NCBI GenBank assembly: GCA_965204745.1
Contig: OZ242010.1
Location: forward strand, 2,176,001-2,240,000
DNA: 64,000 nucleotides
Reading direction: 5' to 3'
Source: Candidatus Latescibacterota bacterium
GTDB lineage: Bacteria; Latescibacterota; UBA2968
Below the pieces are notes generated by a model that saw only the letters and a program-made list of their open reading frames with translations, did not search any database and was not told the origin of the DNA. Shown here in pieces: positions 1 to 10,180 of this stretch (position 1 is the first letter of the stretch; each line of letters starts with the position of its first letter). Position numbers and translations under genes: made by a program.

Positions 1-120
1 TTTTGGGATAGAGTAGTTGTGATAATGAAAATTTTTGGCTTGCTCCAACAGATTGACCAAGTTGTTATATTGGTCAGCGTGTGTCCAAGAGTGGCTGATG
101 AACAAATGATAGGGTTTCAT
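1..120 (-). CDS. TIR-like domain protein (DUF1863/MTH538, ThsB-like); 5' part only, runs off the window
   Basis: Not in the ORF track. Manual translation from ATG at 120 gives MKPYHLFISHSWTHADQYNNLVNLLEQAKNFHYHNYSIPK, with the TIR FISHS motif; GGAGG RBS at 126-130 directly after the res stop. Confidence 0.75.
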   Translation of the reverse strand, partial: MKPYHLFISHSWTHADQYNNLVNLLEQAKNFHYHNYSIPK

Positions 121-130
121 ATTTCCCTCC

Positions 131-2716
131 TCACTGTGGGTTTATCCAAGCCGTGATTGGCTCGATTTCCGCCGCGCTTATCGCAGCCGTTGAAGCATAG
201 ACGACGTGGTATCGAAACTTATCGGGTTGCATCTTTTGCAACCGCTCAACTGCCTTTTGTTTTGCCGCCACTGTCTTGTCGCCGCGCTCGTGCTCGGCTT
301 TGACCTCGACGATGTAAAACTCGCCCGTCTTCTTCACGATCACAAAGTCGGGAAAGTAACGGTGGTACCGCTCGTCCTCGCCCAGGTACTCAAAGTAAAA
401 ATCGGTCTTCTTGGGATCGGTCAGGCCGCCCGTGAACAGGAACGCTTTCACATCGTCGGGATCCGTATTGAGCACGGATAAAATTTGCCGAAAGAAAGCG
501 CGTTCCGGCTCGCTGTCAAAATTGTACGGCGTGTAGTGAAAGCTCAAATCGCGCCCGTCTGCATACTCCTCGCGGTCAGCAGACAGACCCCCGGCCTGTA
601 TTCGGTCATACGTCTGCTTGAGCAAGCGCAAACGATGGACAAAAACGCCGTTTTCGTCCCGTTCAAAAACATCCTTTCCCGCCTCGTCCCGAACCCGAAT
701 CAGCGCCAGTGCCTCCGTGACCTGTTCTTCAACGGTCTCGTAATTCGCCTGTTGATCTTCGACCTGCTGAAACAGGCCGTACAAGTGGCTATTCGGCATT
801 TCGCCCCGTGGATACAAGTCGTTGAGCCGCTTCAAAATCGGCATCATTAACAGGTGGTAGCGCGAGGCGATTTTGTACGCGGCGGCGTGGCAATCTGTCG
901 TTTCCGCTGCGGCTGGCAGTTCCTCAGTTTTGCCAGTGGGCATCAGCACTTCCCGCGGCCCGCTGAAATCCGGGGTTAGAATGCTGTGCAAAATTCCGGG
1001 GGCTTTTTGCGGTCTCGGCTTATCCAACGCGATCTCGTCGCGCGGTGCTTCGGCGCGGATGGCGCGCTTGACCGTTCGGGTAATCTCCAATGTCGGCAGT
1101 TCTGGTTTGACGATCCGCAGTGTCACGGTCTCTTTGTCACTCGTTCCCGCGCTGAGCAGGTCGAGGTCCGTGCGGAAGTTGTCTTTCAGTTCCTTATCCA
1201 AAATCATCGCATTGCCGTAATCGAGAAAAATTTTTGCCGGATGCCGGTTGCCCGGCACCTGCCGCAAACACCGAGTCGCCGCTTGCAGGACGTAATTGTT
1301 GCTCCTCGTCTGTTCTTTGATGAGCGCGCAGGCAAACAGGCTCGGGCAGTTCCAGCCTTCCACGCCCTTGCCGATCAGCAAAATGACCCGCTTTTGGGTG
1401 GTGGGATTGTTGAGCCGCTTGAACTCGTCGAGCTCGGATGCTTTTGATCGTTGCGTATTGACCAAGATCTGAGAGACGCTTTCGCCAACGCTCGTCATGG
1501 CCTGCTCGATCAAGTGCCGGGATTGGTCCAAGTGCTCCTGCGTCTTGAAGTAAAACGCGATTTTTGCCTTTGATCCGTCCGGCAACGCCACAGGGCCGTA
1601 GTTGCTGAAAAACTCATGGATGATGTCCTTGAAAACATCCCCATCCGACTGCCCTTGGAGGTCGTATTGGTGGATCCCGTTTTGGAGGTCTTTTAGGATA
1701 TTGTCCTGAATGCCATCGCCAAGCCCATACCAAACGAGGACTTCTTTCAGGTGTTGTTTTTTGTAATACGGCGTCCCGGTCGTGTTGATCACCGCGACGA
1801 TAGGGGTTTTCTCGTGGATGTAATTAATCGTCTCGCGCACCCGCTTCAGTTTGTCAAACGTGTTGCCATACGTGTGATGCGCTTCGTCTGAAAAGATGCC
1901 GAGGTTGGGCAAGCTGGCGATTTTTTGCAGCCTGAGATTGGCTTGCAACGCCCTTTCCCGAAACGCGAGGGCTTTCTGATTGCTCCGCCTTCTCGCCCGC
2001 AGACTGATTTTTTCCGTGTTGGTAACGATCAAGTTGTAACTGCTGCCCGTTTGAGCCTGTATGTCCTTTTCTCTGCCCGGGTATTCGATCTTCAAATTGG
2101 CGAGAAAATCGCGGTTGAGGTCGGGCGGCAAAACTTTCTGGTATGGCATACCACCGAGTTCGCGCAGGCTTTCGATAATCGTGGTGCCGGGCGCGAAGAC
2201 CAGGGCGTTTTTCATAAAATTGCCGTCGGGATAACGCAGGGACATCGCAAACTCGGTAGCGACAATCGCGCCGATCAACACGGTCTTGCCGGCCCCCATC
2301 GCCAGCGCGAGGATATAACTCGGATAGTCCAAAATCGCCGCTTCGTGCAACGCCTGAATTTTGAGGCTTTTGACCCAGTCCGAATCGCTTTTGACCTCCT
2401 CGAGCACGCCCTCTATTGTCGCCCACTCCAAAGCGTCTTTTGAGATCGGAATGCCGAGCGCGTCGAAAAGCGTTTTTTTGTCCGCGTAGTAATGCTTGTA
2501 CAGATCGATGACGTGGGGCGTTTGCAGTTTGAGGCGCACATACCAATACACCTCGAGCGCGAGGAATTGAGGCTCGCGCAAAAACTCGAGGGCTGGGCTA
2601 TCCGCCGCCATCTGATAGGCGAGGATTTCGCCGATGAGCGGATGCTCGCGACAAGCATATCCACCCTCGCGCCATTCGAGAGCGGATCGTTTTAGGTCTT
2701 CGTAAAGGATCGGCAT
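131..2716 (-). CDS. Type III restriction-modification Res-like subunit (SF2 helicase plus C-terminal PD-(D/E)xK nuclease)
   Basis: Walker A LAMGAGKT, DEAHH, EGWNCP, QAATRCLR, and C-terminal YFPDF...IVEVK. Confidence 0.85.
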   Translation of the reverse strand: MPILYEDLKRSALEWREGGYACREHPLIGEILAYQMAADSPALEFLREPQFLALEVYWYVRLKLQTPHVIDLYKHYYADKKTLFDALGIPISKDALEWATIEGVLEEVKSDSDWVKSLKIQALHEAAILDYPSYILALAMGAGKTVLIGAIVATEFAMSLRYPDGNFMKNALVFAPGTTIIESLRELGGMPYQKVLPPDLNRDFLANLKIEYPGREKDIQAQTGSSYNLIVTNTEKISLRARRRSNQKALAFRERALQANLRLQKIASLPNLGIFSDEAHHTYGNTFDKLKRVRETINYIHEKTPIVAVINTTGTPYYKKQHLKEVLVWYGLGDGIQDNILKDLQNGIHQYDLQGQSDGDVFKDIIHEFFSNYGPVALPDGSKAKIAFYFKTQEHLDQSRHLIEQAMTSVGESVSQILVNTQRSKASELDEFKRLNNPTTQKRVILLIGKGVEGWNCPSLFACALIKEQTRSNNYVLQAATRCLRQVPGNRHPAKIFLDYGNAMILDKELKDNFRTDLDLLSAGTSDKETVTLRIVKPELPTLEITRTVKRAIRAEAPRDEIALDKPRPQKAPGILHSILTPDFSGPREVLMPTGKTEELPAAAETTDCHAAAYKIASRYHLLMMPILKRLNDLYPRGEMPNSHLYGLFQQVEDQQANYETVEEQVTEALALIRVRDEAGKDVFERDENGVFVHRLRLLKQTYDRIQAGGLSADREEYADGRDLSFHYTPYNFDSEPERAFFRQILSVLNTDPDDVKAFLFTGGLTDPKKTDFYFEYLGEDERYHRYFPDFVIVKKTGEFYIVEVKAEHERGDKTVAAKQKAVERLQKMQPDKFRYHVVYASTAAISAAEIEPITAWINPQ

Positions 2717-3054
2717 CGATCTGACTCCAAGTCCTTAGAGGCTATCTTAAAATTATCGGGACCTACTCCCCTGGGGCCCCTTCCTCACAGGAAGAGGTGA
2801 GAAGTGAATGAACAACGCAACATGATAGCACGAGCCACATGAAAGAGCAAGGGAAAATCCGCCAAAACCGCGAAAGCCAAACGACGCAAGGCGCGTCTTT
2901 TTTTTTGACAATAAAATCGTATATTTGACGAATGGGCGAATTGACGAACCCCGACCACCGAGTGAAAGGCGAGACGCGAGAGGACTGCCCCGCTGTCCAA
3001 CCCCCCGCGCACTTCGTCGCTTCCTTGAACTTCTCTCTTTTTTAAAGGTTCCGC

Positions 3055-4308
3055 ATGCACTTGCGTCGGTACGTGTTGAGCGAATTGGCGATGCCATTTT
3101 TGCTCGGGTTTTCCGCGATCATTTTTTTGCTGATCATCGATCTCGTTCTGCAAATGCTCGACCGCATTTTGGGCAAGGGCGTGCCCGTGCGCGTGGTCGC
3201 AGAGTTGTTTTTTTTGAATACCGCGTGGATGATCGCCCTCGCCGTGCCCATGGCGGTTTTGGTGAGCGCGTTGTTGGGATTTGGCCGCTTGAGTGCGTCG
3301 GGCGAGATCGCGGGCATGCGCGCCTTGGGCATCGGGGTTCACCAAGTCGTCGCGCCCGTGCTACTCGTCGCCGCGTTGATGGGGGTTGGACTGGTGATTT
3401 TTAATGACCGCGTGTTGCCCGAATTTAATCACCGTGCACGCGCGTTGATGATGGATATTCACCGCAAACGCCCGGCCATCGCGCTGGTGGATAAGGCCGG
3501 CGTGGTGATAGGCGATTTTGAGGATTACCGAATTTTGTTCGACCGCGCCCGGGGCGATGTGCTCTACGACGTGCTGGTGTACAGCTTTGCCCGAGAGGGG
3601 TTCCCCGAGACTGCGGTTGCGGATTCGGGCATGGTCGCGTTTGACGACGCGCGAGACGAGGCCCTGCTCTATTTGTTCGATGGGGAGATGCACCGCATCG
3701 ACCCGGACGATCCCGGGGTGTACGCACTGACGACCTTTGCCAAGGCGCGTTTGCGATTGGGAGAGGCGGGGAACCAGTTGTCGCGGTCTTCGTCCGCGTA
3801 TCGCAATGACCGGGAAATGGATATCGCCACGATGCGGAGGCAAATTGCGGAGTACGAGCGCGAAATCGCCCAAGCACGGGCCGAGGCCGCCGCGTTGATG
3901 GATGCGGTTGCGCGGGAAGTGTTCCTCGATTCCACGGCTTCGATGCAGGCGTTGCAGGGCCGCGTCGCAGCGGATCTGCGGATTGCGCGCCACAAGCAAC
4001 GGGCCGCGGACCGGCTGCGCGTGGAGGTCCACAAGAAGTTTTCGATTCCCGCGGCGTGTGTGGCTTTTGTGTTGGTGGGCGCGCCTATCGGCGTGTGGGC
4101 ACGCAGCAGTAGCGCGGCAATAGGCGCGGGGATCAGCGTGGGGTTTTTCTTGGCGTGGTGGATTTTTCTCATCGCCGGGGAAAAATTGGCGGACCGCGGC
4201 GTGCTCATGCCCTGGTTGGCGATGTGGATGCCCAATGTGCTGACGCTGATCGTCGGCGCGGTTTTGTCCGCGCGGATCATCGGCGAGTGGGGCAAAAAAA
4301 GGAGATAG
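3055..4308 (+). CDS. lptF: LPS export ABC permease LptF
   Basis: RY-start TM helices, GRLSASGEIAGMRALGIG motif, HKKFSIP, MWMPN; tandem with lptG. Confidence 0.85.
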   Translation: MHLRRYVLSELAMPFLLGFSAIIFLLIIDLVLQMLDRILGKGVPVRVVAELFFLNTAWMIALAVPMAVLVSALLGFGRLSASGEIAGMRALGIGVHQVVAPVLLVAALMGVGLVIFNDRVLPEFNHRARALMMDIHRKRPAIALVDKAGVVIGDFEDYRILFDRARGDVLYDVLVYSFAREGFPETAVADSGMVAFDDARDEALLYLFDGEMHRIDPDDPGVYALTTFAKARLRLGEAGNQLSRSSSAYRNDREMDIATMRRQIAEYEREIAQARAEAAALMDAVAREVFLDSTASMQALQGRVAADLRIARHKQRAADRLRVEVHKKFSIPAACVAFVLVGAPIGVWARSSSAAIGAGISVGFFLAWWIFLIAGEKLADRGVLMPWLAMWMPNVLTLIVGAVLSARIIGEWGKKRR

Positions 4309-4316
4309 GCGTGCGG

Positions 4317-5372
4317 ATGATGAGTCGCTATGTGGTCGTGCAATTCGCCGTGCCCTTTGGGATCAGCGTGCTGGCCTTTGCCGTCGTTTTCGTGGTGATC
4401 GATTTGGTGGATCGGCTCAGCGCGTTTTTGGACCGCGCCGTGGGCATCGGCGCGATAGTCTCGTACTATCTCTGCTATTTGCCCCATATCATCGTTTTGG
4501 TGATGCCCATGGCGGTCTTGCTCGCCGGGCTGTTTTGCATGGGCGGGTTGATCCAGCGCGGGGAATTGCTGGCGATGAAAGCGGCCGGCATCAGCCTGTA
4601 TCAGGTGGTGATCCCGCTGCAAGTGCTGGCGCTGGGGATCGGCGTTTTGGCCGCTGTGATGACCGATCAGGTGTTGCCGCGGGCGAACCGGGCGCGGGCG
4701 AAGATCGAGCAACCGCGCCGATCAGGCTTCGCCCCGATTCGCGTGCAAATCGCGCTACGCGATACGGCCGGGCGCGTGTTTTCAATGGGGGAATACGACG
4801 CCATAGCCATGCGAGGCAAACGGGTCGTGCTCGACAGGTACGAAGGCGGGATGCTCAAAGAGCGCGTGCGCGCCGAGGATGCGATTTGGGCGGCTACGGA
4901 ATGGCATTTTATGGACGGGGACAGGCGCGTGTTTGGCGAGCGGGAATCGTATCGCGCGTTTCGGTTGTGGATACCGAGAGAGGTGACGCTGACGCCCGAG
5001 GATTTTGCGCGCGATGTGGTGCCCGAGGATCAGATGACGTATCGGGAACTGACCGAGTTTATCCGCCGCAAGACGCGCAATGGCAGCCAAGCCCTGCGAG
5101 AGTCGGTGGCGCGCCACATGCGCTTGGCTTTTCCATTCGCCAATTTTGTCATCGGCTTGTTCGGCCTGCCGATGGCGTCTCGCATGCGCCGCACGGGCCG
5201 CCCCATTCAAATTGGCATGTGCTTGCTGATCTGCTTTGCGTTTTACGGGTGCATTCAACTCGGCCGCGCAATGGCCTGGAACGATGTGCTACCTCCGGCT
5301 TGGGGCGCGTGGGCCGCAAACGCGATTTTCAGCGCGACTGGCCTTGCCCTGCTGCTGACGACGCGAAAATGA
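4317..5372 (+). CDS. lptG: LPS export ABC permease LptG
   Basis: GELLAMKAAGIS and AWAAN motifs; start moved to ATG 4317 (GTG 4311 possible), just after the lptF stop. Confidence 0.85.
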   Translation: MMSRYVVVQFAVPFGISVLAFAVVFVVIDLVDRLSAFLDRAVGIGAIVSYYLCYLPHIIVLVMPMAVLLAGLFCMGGLIQRGELLAMKAAGISLYQVVIPLQVLALGIGVLAAVMTDQVLPRANRARAKIEQPRRSGFAPIRVQIALRDTAGRVFSMGEYDAIAMRGKRVVLDRYEGGMLKERVRAEDAIWAATEWHFMDGDRRVFGERESYRAFRLWIPREVTLTPEDFARDVVPEDQMTYRELTEFIRRKTRNGSQALRESVARHMRLAFPFANFVIGLFGLPMASRMRRTGRPIQIGMCLLICFAFYGCIQLGRAMAWNDVLPPAWGAWAANAIFSATGLALLLTTRK

Positions 5373-5559
5373 AAAAGCCCCATCGGAAATCGCTTGCGCG
5401 ACTCGGATGGGGCGTTGGTTTGATGCGTCAAAACGAAGTGCAACCGCGCTTATCCTTGGTGGTTAGGGCGCGGAGGGAAAATCACTTGACAAGGCGAGAG
5501 GGAGTGCGGATTATTTATTTTCTTCCGCAAGTCGTTCAAACGATCTCAGGAGGTTCCCC

Positions 5560-6483
5560 ATGGCAGAATACGATACAATTTCCAAACAGTTGATTCGCAT
5601 CTACCCGCAAGACCTCGTCCGCTTGGCACTCGGACGCGAGGATGTCGAAATTGAAGAAGTTCTCGACACCGAACTCCCGAGGATTGAAACGCGCATGGTC
5701 GATAGCGTGATTCGCGTGCGGATCGATGGCGAGGAAGCCTTGGTACACATCGAATTTCAAACCACCGACAGCGCGAATATGGCTCTTCGCATGGCGATCT
5801 ATATCCTCCGCCTCATCGAACGCTATGACCTGCCGGTCTATGCCTTTGTCATCTACCTGCGTCCCAATGCCGGGCGCCGCGATGAAGGATACTACATTCA
5901 AGAACTTCCCGGCCATCGCGTCTTTGTAGAATACGAGGTGCTTCGATTGACCGAGATAGACGGGCAAGGTATCCTCGAGGGTGGTCATCCGGGCTTGCTT
6001 CCTTTCGCGCCGTTGATGAAGCATCCTGTGGGGATGGGTTCCGAGGACTGGTTGCGCGAGTGTGTTCGCAGGAGCGATTCGGTTTCGTTGGATCAATCAG
6101 AAAAGGCTAATTATTTGAATAGCTTGGCGGTCTTGAGTGGGTTGGCTTATGATCTGCCCACTATCACGCGGATTCTTTCACAGGAGGGTTTTATGGACGC
6201 GATTATGCGTGACTCATCGTTTGCCCAGTACCTCAAGGAACAAGGCATTGAGCAGGGCATTGAGCAGGGCATTGAGCAGGGCATTGAGCAGGGCATTGAG
6301 CAGGGCATTCGAGAGAGCATCCGAGAAGCGTTGGAGATTCGCTTTGATGCGGATGTGGCCGGCCAGTTCGCTGATCGCATTGCGGCCATCGACGATTTGC
6401 AACGGCTCAAGCGGTTGCTTCGCTCGGCGATGCAAGTGGATGATCTGGAGGCCTTTCAGCGCGTGTTGGATGCGGAAGCCTGA
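5560..6483 (+). CDS. Rpn/YhgA-like recombination-promoting nuclease (PD-(D/E)xK)
   Basis: YDT..K, VD...HIEFQT, MALRM motifs; EQGI repeats near the C-terminus; AGGAGG RBS. Confidence 0.85.
   Translation: MAEYDTISKQLIRIYPQDLVRLALGREDVEIEEVLDTELPRIETRMVDSVIRVRIDGEEALVHIEFQTTDSANMALRMAIYILRLIERYDLPVYAFVIYLRPNAGRRDEGYYIQELPGHRVFVEYEVLRLTEIDGQGILEGGHPGLLPFAPLMKHPVGMGSEDWLRECVRRSDSVSLDQSEKANYLNSLAVLSGLAYDLPTITRILSQEGFMDAIMRDSSFAQYLKEQGIEQGIEQGIEQGIEQGIEQGIRESIREALEIRFDADVAGQFADRIAAIDDLQRLKRLLRSAMQVDDLEAFQRVLDAEA
6238..6309 (+). repeat. 12-bp coding tandem repeat GAGCAGGGCATT x6 (EQGI)
   Basis: One variant unit plus five perfect units read directly. Confidence 0.95.
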
Positions 6484-6619
6484 CGCGCATCCCCAACCGG
6501 TAGGGGCTGATACCAAATTGAATTGCCGTTGGCCTCATGCGATGCGATATGCGGACATATCACACGAGTTGGGATTGATGGAAGGCTGGATACGAATGAC
6601 CGAAAATCAAATTCACTAT

Positions 6620-6651
6620 AAAAAGGCCGATGTGTTTCGCATCGGTCTTTT
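6620..6651. terminator. Bidirectional intrinsic terminator between convergent rpn and mtaB
   Basis: AAAAAGGCCGATG-loop-CATCGGTCTTTT. Confidence 0.7.
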
Positions 6652-6666
6652 GTCATGCGGGTGAGA

Positions 6667-8028
6667 TTACGCGGGTTGCATTTGCAATAAACCTCGGGCG
6701 CGGGGCAAAGGTGGGGCGGGGGCGTAATCCGTCAACTCGCCGATGACCATGCCATCTTCGATTCGCTGCAAGCGCGTATCTACGATCTGTTCACACGCGG
6801 CACTGGGGCCGGGCGCGAGCACGCGGATGTAATTGTCGGTCAGCCCTTGCAAGCACTGCCCGTTGCGGCGGTTTTCAAACAGCACGGGCAAGGTCTGTCC
6901 GAGAAACCGCGCTTGGAATGCCGCCACCTTTTGGCGTCCCAATTCGCGGAGGATCGCGCCGCGTTGCTTCTTCACCTGCGGGTCAACTTGGTTTGCCATG
7001 CGCGCTGCGGGCGTCTTGCCACGCGGGGAATAGGGAAAAACGTGCAAATACGTCAGGGGATGATCGGCGATCAAATCGCGCGTATTTTGAAACGCCGCGT
7101 CCGACTCCCCGGGAAAGCCCACCATCACGTCGCCGCCAATGCCCACGCCGGGCACGCGCTTTGCCACCTTCTCTAGCAGCGCGATGTATTGCGCCCGCGT
7201 GTAGGGGCGGCGCATCGCCTTGAGGATGCCATTGTCCCCGCTTTGCAAGGGGATGTGCAAATGCCGGCAAAACTTTTGGCTCTCCGCAAAAAAATCGATC
7301 ATCTCATCCGTGATGTACGTGGCTTCGATAGAACTGACGCGAAACCGGTCCAACCCATCGATCTGCTCCACAGCTTTTAGCACTTGCAACAACTCGCACC
7401 CTGCCAAATCCGCGCCGTAATCCCCGATATGCACCCCGGTCAGCACCACCTCGCGGTACCCCGCATCCACCAGCTTCTTCACCTGCGACACCGCGCTTTG
7501 CAATGTGCGGCTGCGACTGCGCCCACGCGCAAACGGAATAATGCAGAACGAGCAAAACTCGTTGCACCCCTCCTGAATTTTGACAAAGGCCCGCGCCCGC
7601 CCGCCAAAATTGTAAATATCCATATCTTGGAAATCAGCCGTGCGACTGCGCGTGACAAAGGTTCGGCCCAACGAACAGGTGTCGTTGATCAAATCCAAAA
7701 GCTGCACGCGCTCCGCAGTGCCGACCACCAAATCGACTTCCGGCATTTGGGACAGGGCATCCGGATCGGTTTGGGCATAGCACCCCACGGCCACGACCGT
7801 GCCCTCGGGCGAAATCCGATGCGCCCTTCGCAATGCCTTGCGCGACTGCGCGTCCCCCTGCCCGGTCACGGTACACGTATTGACCACCGTGACATCGGCT
7901 CGGTCGCCAAAGCTCACCTCGCGGTATCCCCGCGCTGCAAATTGCTCGGCATACCACTGCGTGTCGTACGCATTGAGCTTGCATCCGAGCGTGTAAAACG
8001 CCACTGTCTTTTGATCGCGCATAACCAT
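6667..8028 (-). CDS. mtaB: tRNA t6A37 methylthiotransferase MtaB
   Basis: TLGCKLN, NTCTVT, GCYAQ, radical-SAM CNEFCSFC, HVFPYSPR and TRAM domain. Confidence 0.92.
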   Translation of the reverse strand: MVMRDQKTVAFYTLGCKLNAYDTQWYAEQFAARGYREVSFGDRADVTVVNTCTVTGQGDAQSRKALRRAHRISPEGTVVAVGCYAQTDPDALSQMPEVDLVVGTAERVQLLDLINDTCSLGRTFVTRSRTADFQDMDIYNFGGRARAFVKIQEGCNEFCSFCIIPFARGRSRSRTLQSAVSQVKKLVDAGYREVVLTGVHIGDYGADLAGCELLQVLKAVEQIDGLDRFRVSSIEATYITDEMIDFFAESQKFCRHLHIPLQSGDNGILKAMRRPYTRAQYIALLEKVAKRVPGVGIGGDVMVGFPGESDAAFQNTRDLIADHPLTYLHVFPYSPRGKTPAARMANQVDPQVKKQRGAILRELGRQKVAAFQARFLGQTLPVLFENRRNGQCLQGLTDNYIRVLAPGPSAACEQIVDTRLQRIEDGMVIGELTDYAPAPPLPRARGLLQMQPA

Positions 8029-8217
8029 TTACCCTTGAAACAGCAAAGCGTTGAGACGAATGCCCCAACGCTTTGATCTCTAACCCCTAACCAGATGTGA
8101 TTCCCCCTTGGATCTTTGGACGAGCACGGGGGCATCGCCCAAAAAGGTGAGAGGTGAGAGGCAAGACGGGAGAAGGCCACCTCTCTCCCCTCTTCCTGTC
8201 AGAAAGGTAGGTAGGTA

Positions 8218-10122
8218 TCAATCACCTGTTTCTTCCTTTGCTTCTTTCTCATCTTCCCCCTCTGTTTCCGCTTCCCCTGTCGCTTCGCTCTCCGCTTTTG
8301 CTTCCGCTTCCCCTTTCACTTCAGCTTCAGCCTCTGCCTCGCTTTTTGCTTCCGCTTCCGCTTCCGCTTCGCGCTCTGCCTCGCCTTTTGCTTCGCGCTC
8401 TGCCTCCTCCTCTGTCTCGGCCTCTGCGGGTCGGCGGAGGGGGTGGGCTTCGAGGAACGCGGCGACTTCATCTGGTTCGGCATCGCGCAACCGCTCTTTC
8501 ACGCTCAGCACGATCTTCTTTTGATCTTCGTCGAACTCCATGACCTTCAGCGGCAGTTCGTCGCCTTCTGCGAAGGACTCGCCCGGGCGTTTCAGATCGT
8601 CAATGCCCAGTTGGGATGAGGGCACGAATCCCTCGACTTGGCCTTCGAGATCGACCAGCACCCCGCGGTCGAGCATGTGCGAGATGCGGCCGCTCACCGC
8701 ATTGCCCACCGCATAGGTCACGGCCAGCGCGGCCCAGGGATTTTCAATCGTCTGCTTGTGCCCCAACGAGATGCGCCTGCGCTCCTTGTCGATATTGATC
8801 ACGATAACATCCAATTCCTGGCCTTTTCTCACCACATCGCTCGGATGCCGAATGCGCTTCGTCCACGACAGATCGGAAATATGCACCAGCCCGTCGATCC
8901 CATCTTCAATTTCGACAAACGCGCCAAACGTAGTCAAATTCCGCACCACGCCGCGAATCGGCGTGCCGGCCGGGTACTTGATATCCAGGGACTCCCAAGG
9001 ATCCGGTTGCACCTGCTTGAGACCCAGGGAAATTTTCTGGCCTTCCTCGTCCACGCGCAAGACCATCACCTCGACCTCATCGCTGATAGACACCAACTTG
9101 GAGGGATGGCGGATGTGTTGCGTCCACGACATTTCAGAAATGTGAACCAGCCCCTCGACGCCCTGTTCCAACTCGACAAACGCGCCGTAATCCGTGATGC
9201 TGACCACCTTGCCCAGCACCTTGTCATCCACTTTATACCGCTCGGACACGCCTTTCCACGGATGGTCTTGCAACTGCTTCAGGCCCAGGGAAATGCGCTC
9301 GCGCTCCGCGTCGAAATTGAGCACCTGCACCTCGATCTCTTGCCCAATGGACAACTCTTCAGAGGGATGACCGACCCGGCCCCAGGCGATATCCGTGATG
9401 TGCAACAAGCCGTCCAAGCCGCCCAAGTCGATAAACGCGCCAAAGTCCGTGATGTTTTTGACCGTGCCCGAGCGGATTTGCCCCACCTCCAGCGTGGCGA
9501 GAATCTGCTTACGCAAGCGCGCGCGTTCCTCTTCGAGCACCACGCGCCGGGAAATGACGATGTTGCGCCGATTCTTGTTCAGCTTGATGATGCGGAACGG
9601 GAACACCTCGCCGATAAAGCGATCAAAGTTTTTGACCTGCTTGATGTCGATTTGCGAGCCGGGCAAAAACGCCTCCACCCCGAACAGATCGACCACGATG
9701 CCGCCCTTGATTCGGCGCATCAACCGGCCTTCGACCATCTGCTCGGTATCGTACGCGTCTCGAATGCGATCCCACACCCGCATAAAATCGGCTTTGGTCT
9801 TGGACAGCACCACTTGGCCTTCTTGATCCTCGATGCTCTCCAAAAAGACCTCGACCTCATCGCCCTCTTCAATCGCGGGGGGCTCTCCAAACTCGGAGAG
9901 GGAAATCACGCCTTCGGACTTGAACCCGATATCGACCAACACCGCATTGTCGCGGATGGACAACACCTTGCCAATCACAATTTCGCCCTGCTCAATGGCC
10001 TCAAACGTGTCTTCGTAGAGATCCATCATTTCATCGTGTTCCGCATCGCTGTATTCGCGTTCATCGCGTTCATCCAGCGCGGCGAGAGCTTCTTTGGGCG
10101 TGGGGAGGGTATTGACTGCCAT
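8218..10122 (-). CDS. rpsA: 30S ribosomal protein S1 with acidic E/A-rich tail
   Basis: Repeated S1 domains (FGAFV..GLVHISE); start at ATG 10122 with AAGGA RBS. Confidence 0.95.
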   Translation of the reverse strand: MAVNTLPTPKEALAALDERDEREYSDAEHDEMMDLYEDTFEAIEQGEIVIGKVLSIRDNAVLVDIGFKSEGVISLSEFGEPPAIEEGDEVEVFLESIEDQEGQVVLSKTKADFMRVWDRIRDAYDTEQMVEGRLMRRIKGGIVVDLFGVEAFLPGSQIDIKQVKNFDRFIGEVFPFRIIKLNKNRRNIVISRRVVLEEERARLRKQILATLEVGQIRSGTVKNITDFGAFIDLGGLDGLLHITDIAWGRVGHPSEELSIGQEIEVQVLNFDAERERISLGLKQLQDHPWKGVSERYKVDDKVLGKVVSITDYGAFVELEQGVEGLVHISEMSWTQHIRHPSKLVSISDEVEVMVLRVDEEGQKISLGLKQVQPDPWESLDIKYPAGTPIRGVVRNLTTFGAFVEIEDGIDGLVHISDLSWTKRIRHPSDVVRKGQELDVIVINIDKERRRISLGHKQTIENPWAALAVTYAVGNAVSGRISHMLDRGVLVDLEGQVEGFVPSSQLGIDDLKRPGESFAEGDELPLKVMEFDEDQKKIVLSVKERLRDAEPDEVAAFLEAHPLRRPAEAETEEEAEREAKGEAEREAEAEAEAKSEAEAEAEVKGEAEAKAESEATGEAETEGEDEKEAKEETGD

Positions 10123-10180
10123 TGTATTTCCTTTCGTGCGCCAAAACGCACACCTGCAAAAAGAACGGCGAACAACGCCG

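Noticed and set aside
8218-8430. Low-complexity repeat as a separate element
   Set aside because: It is the in-frame acidic tail of ribosomal protein S1.
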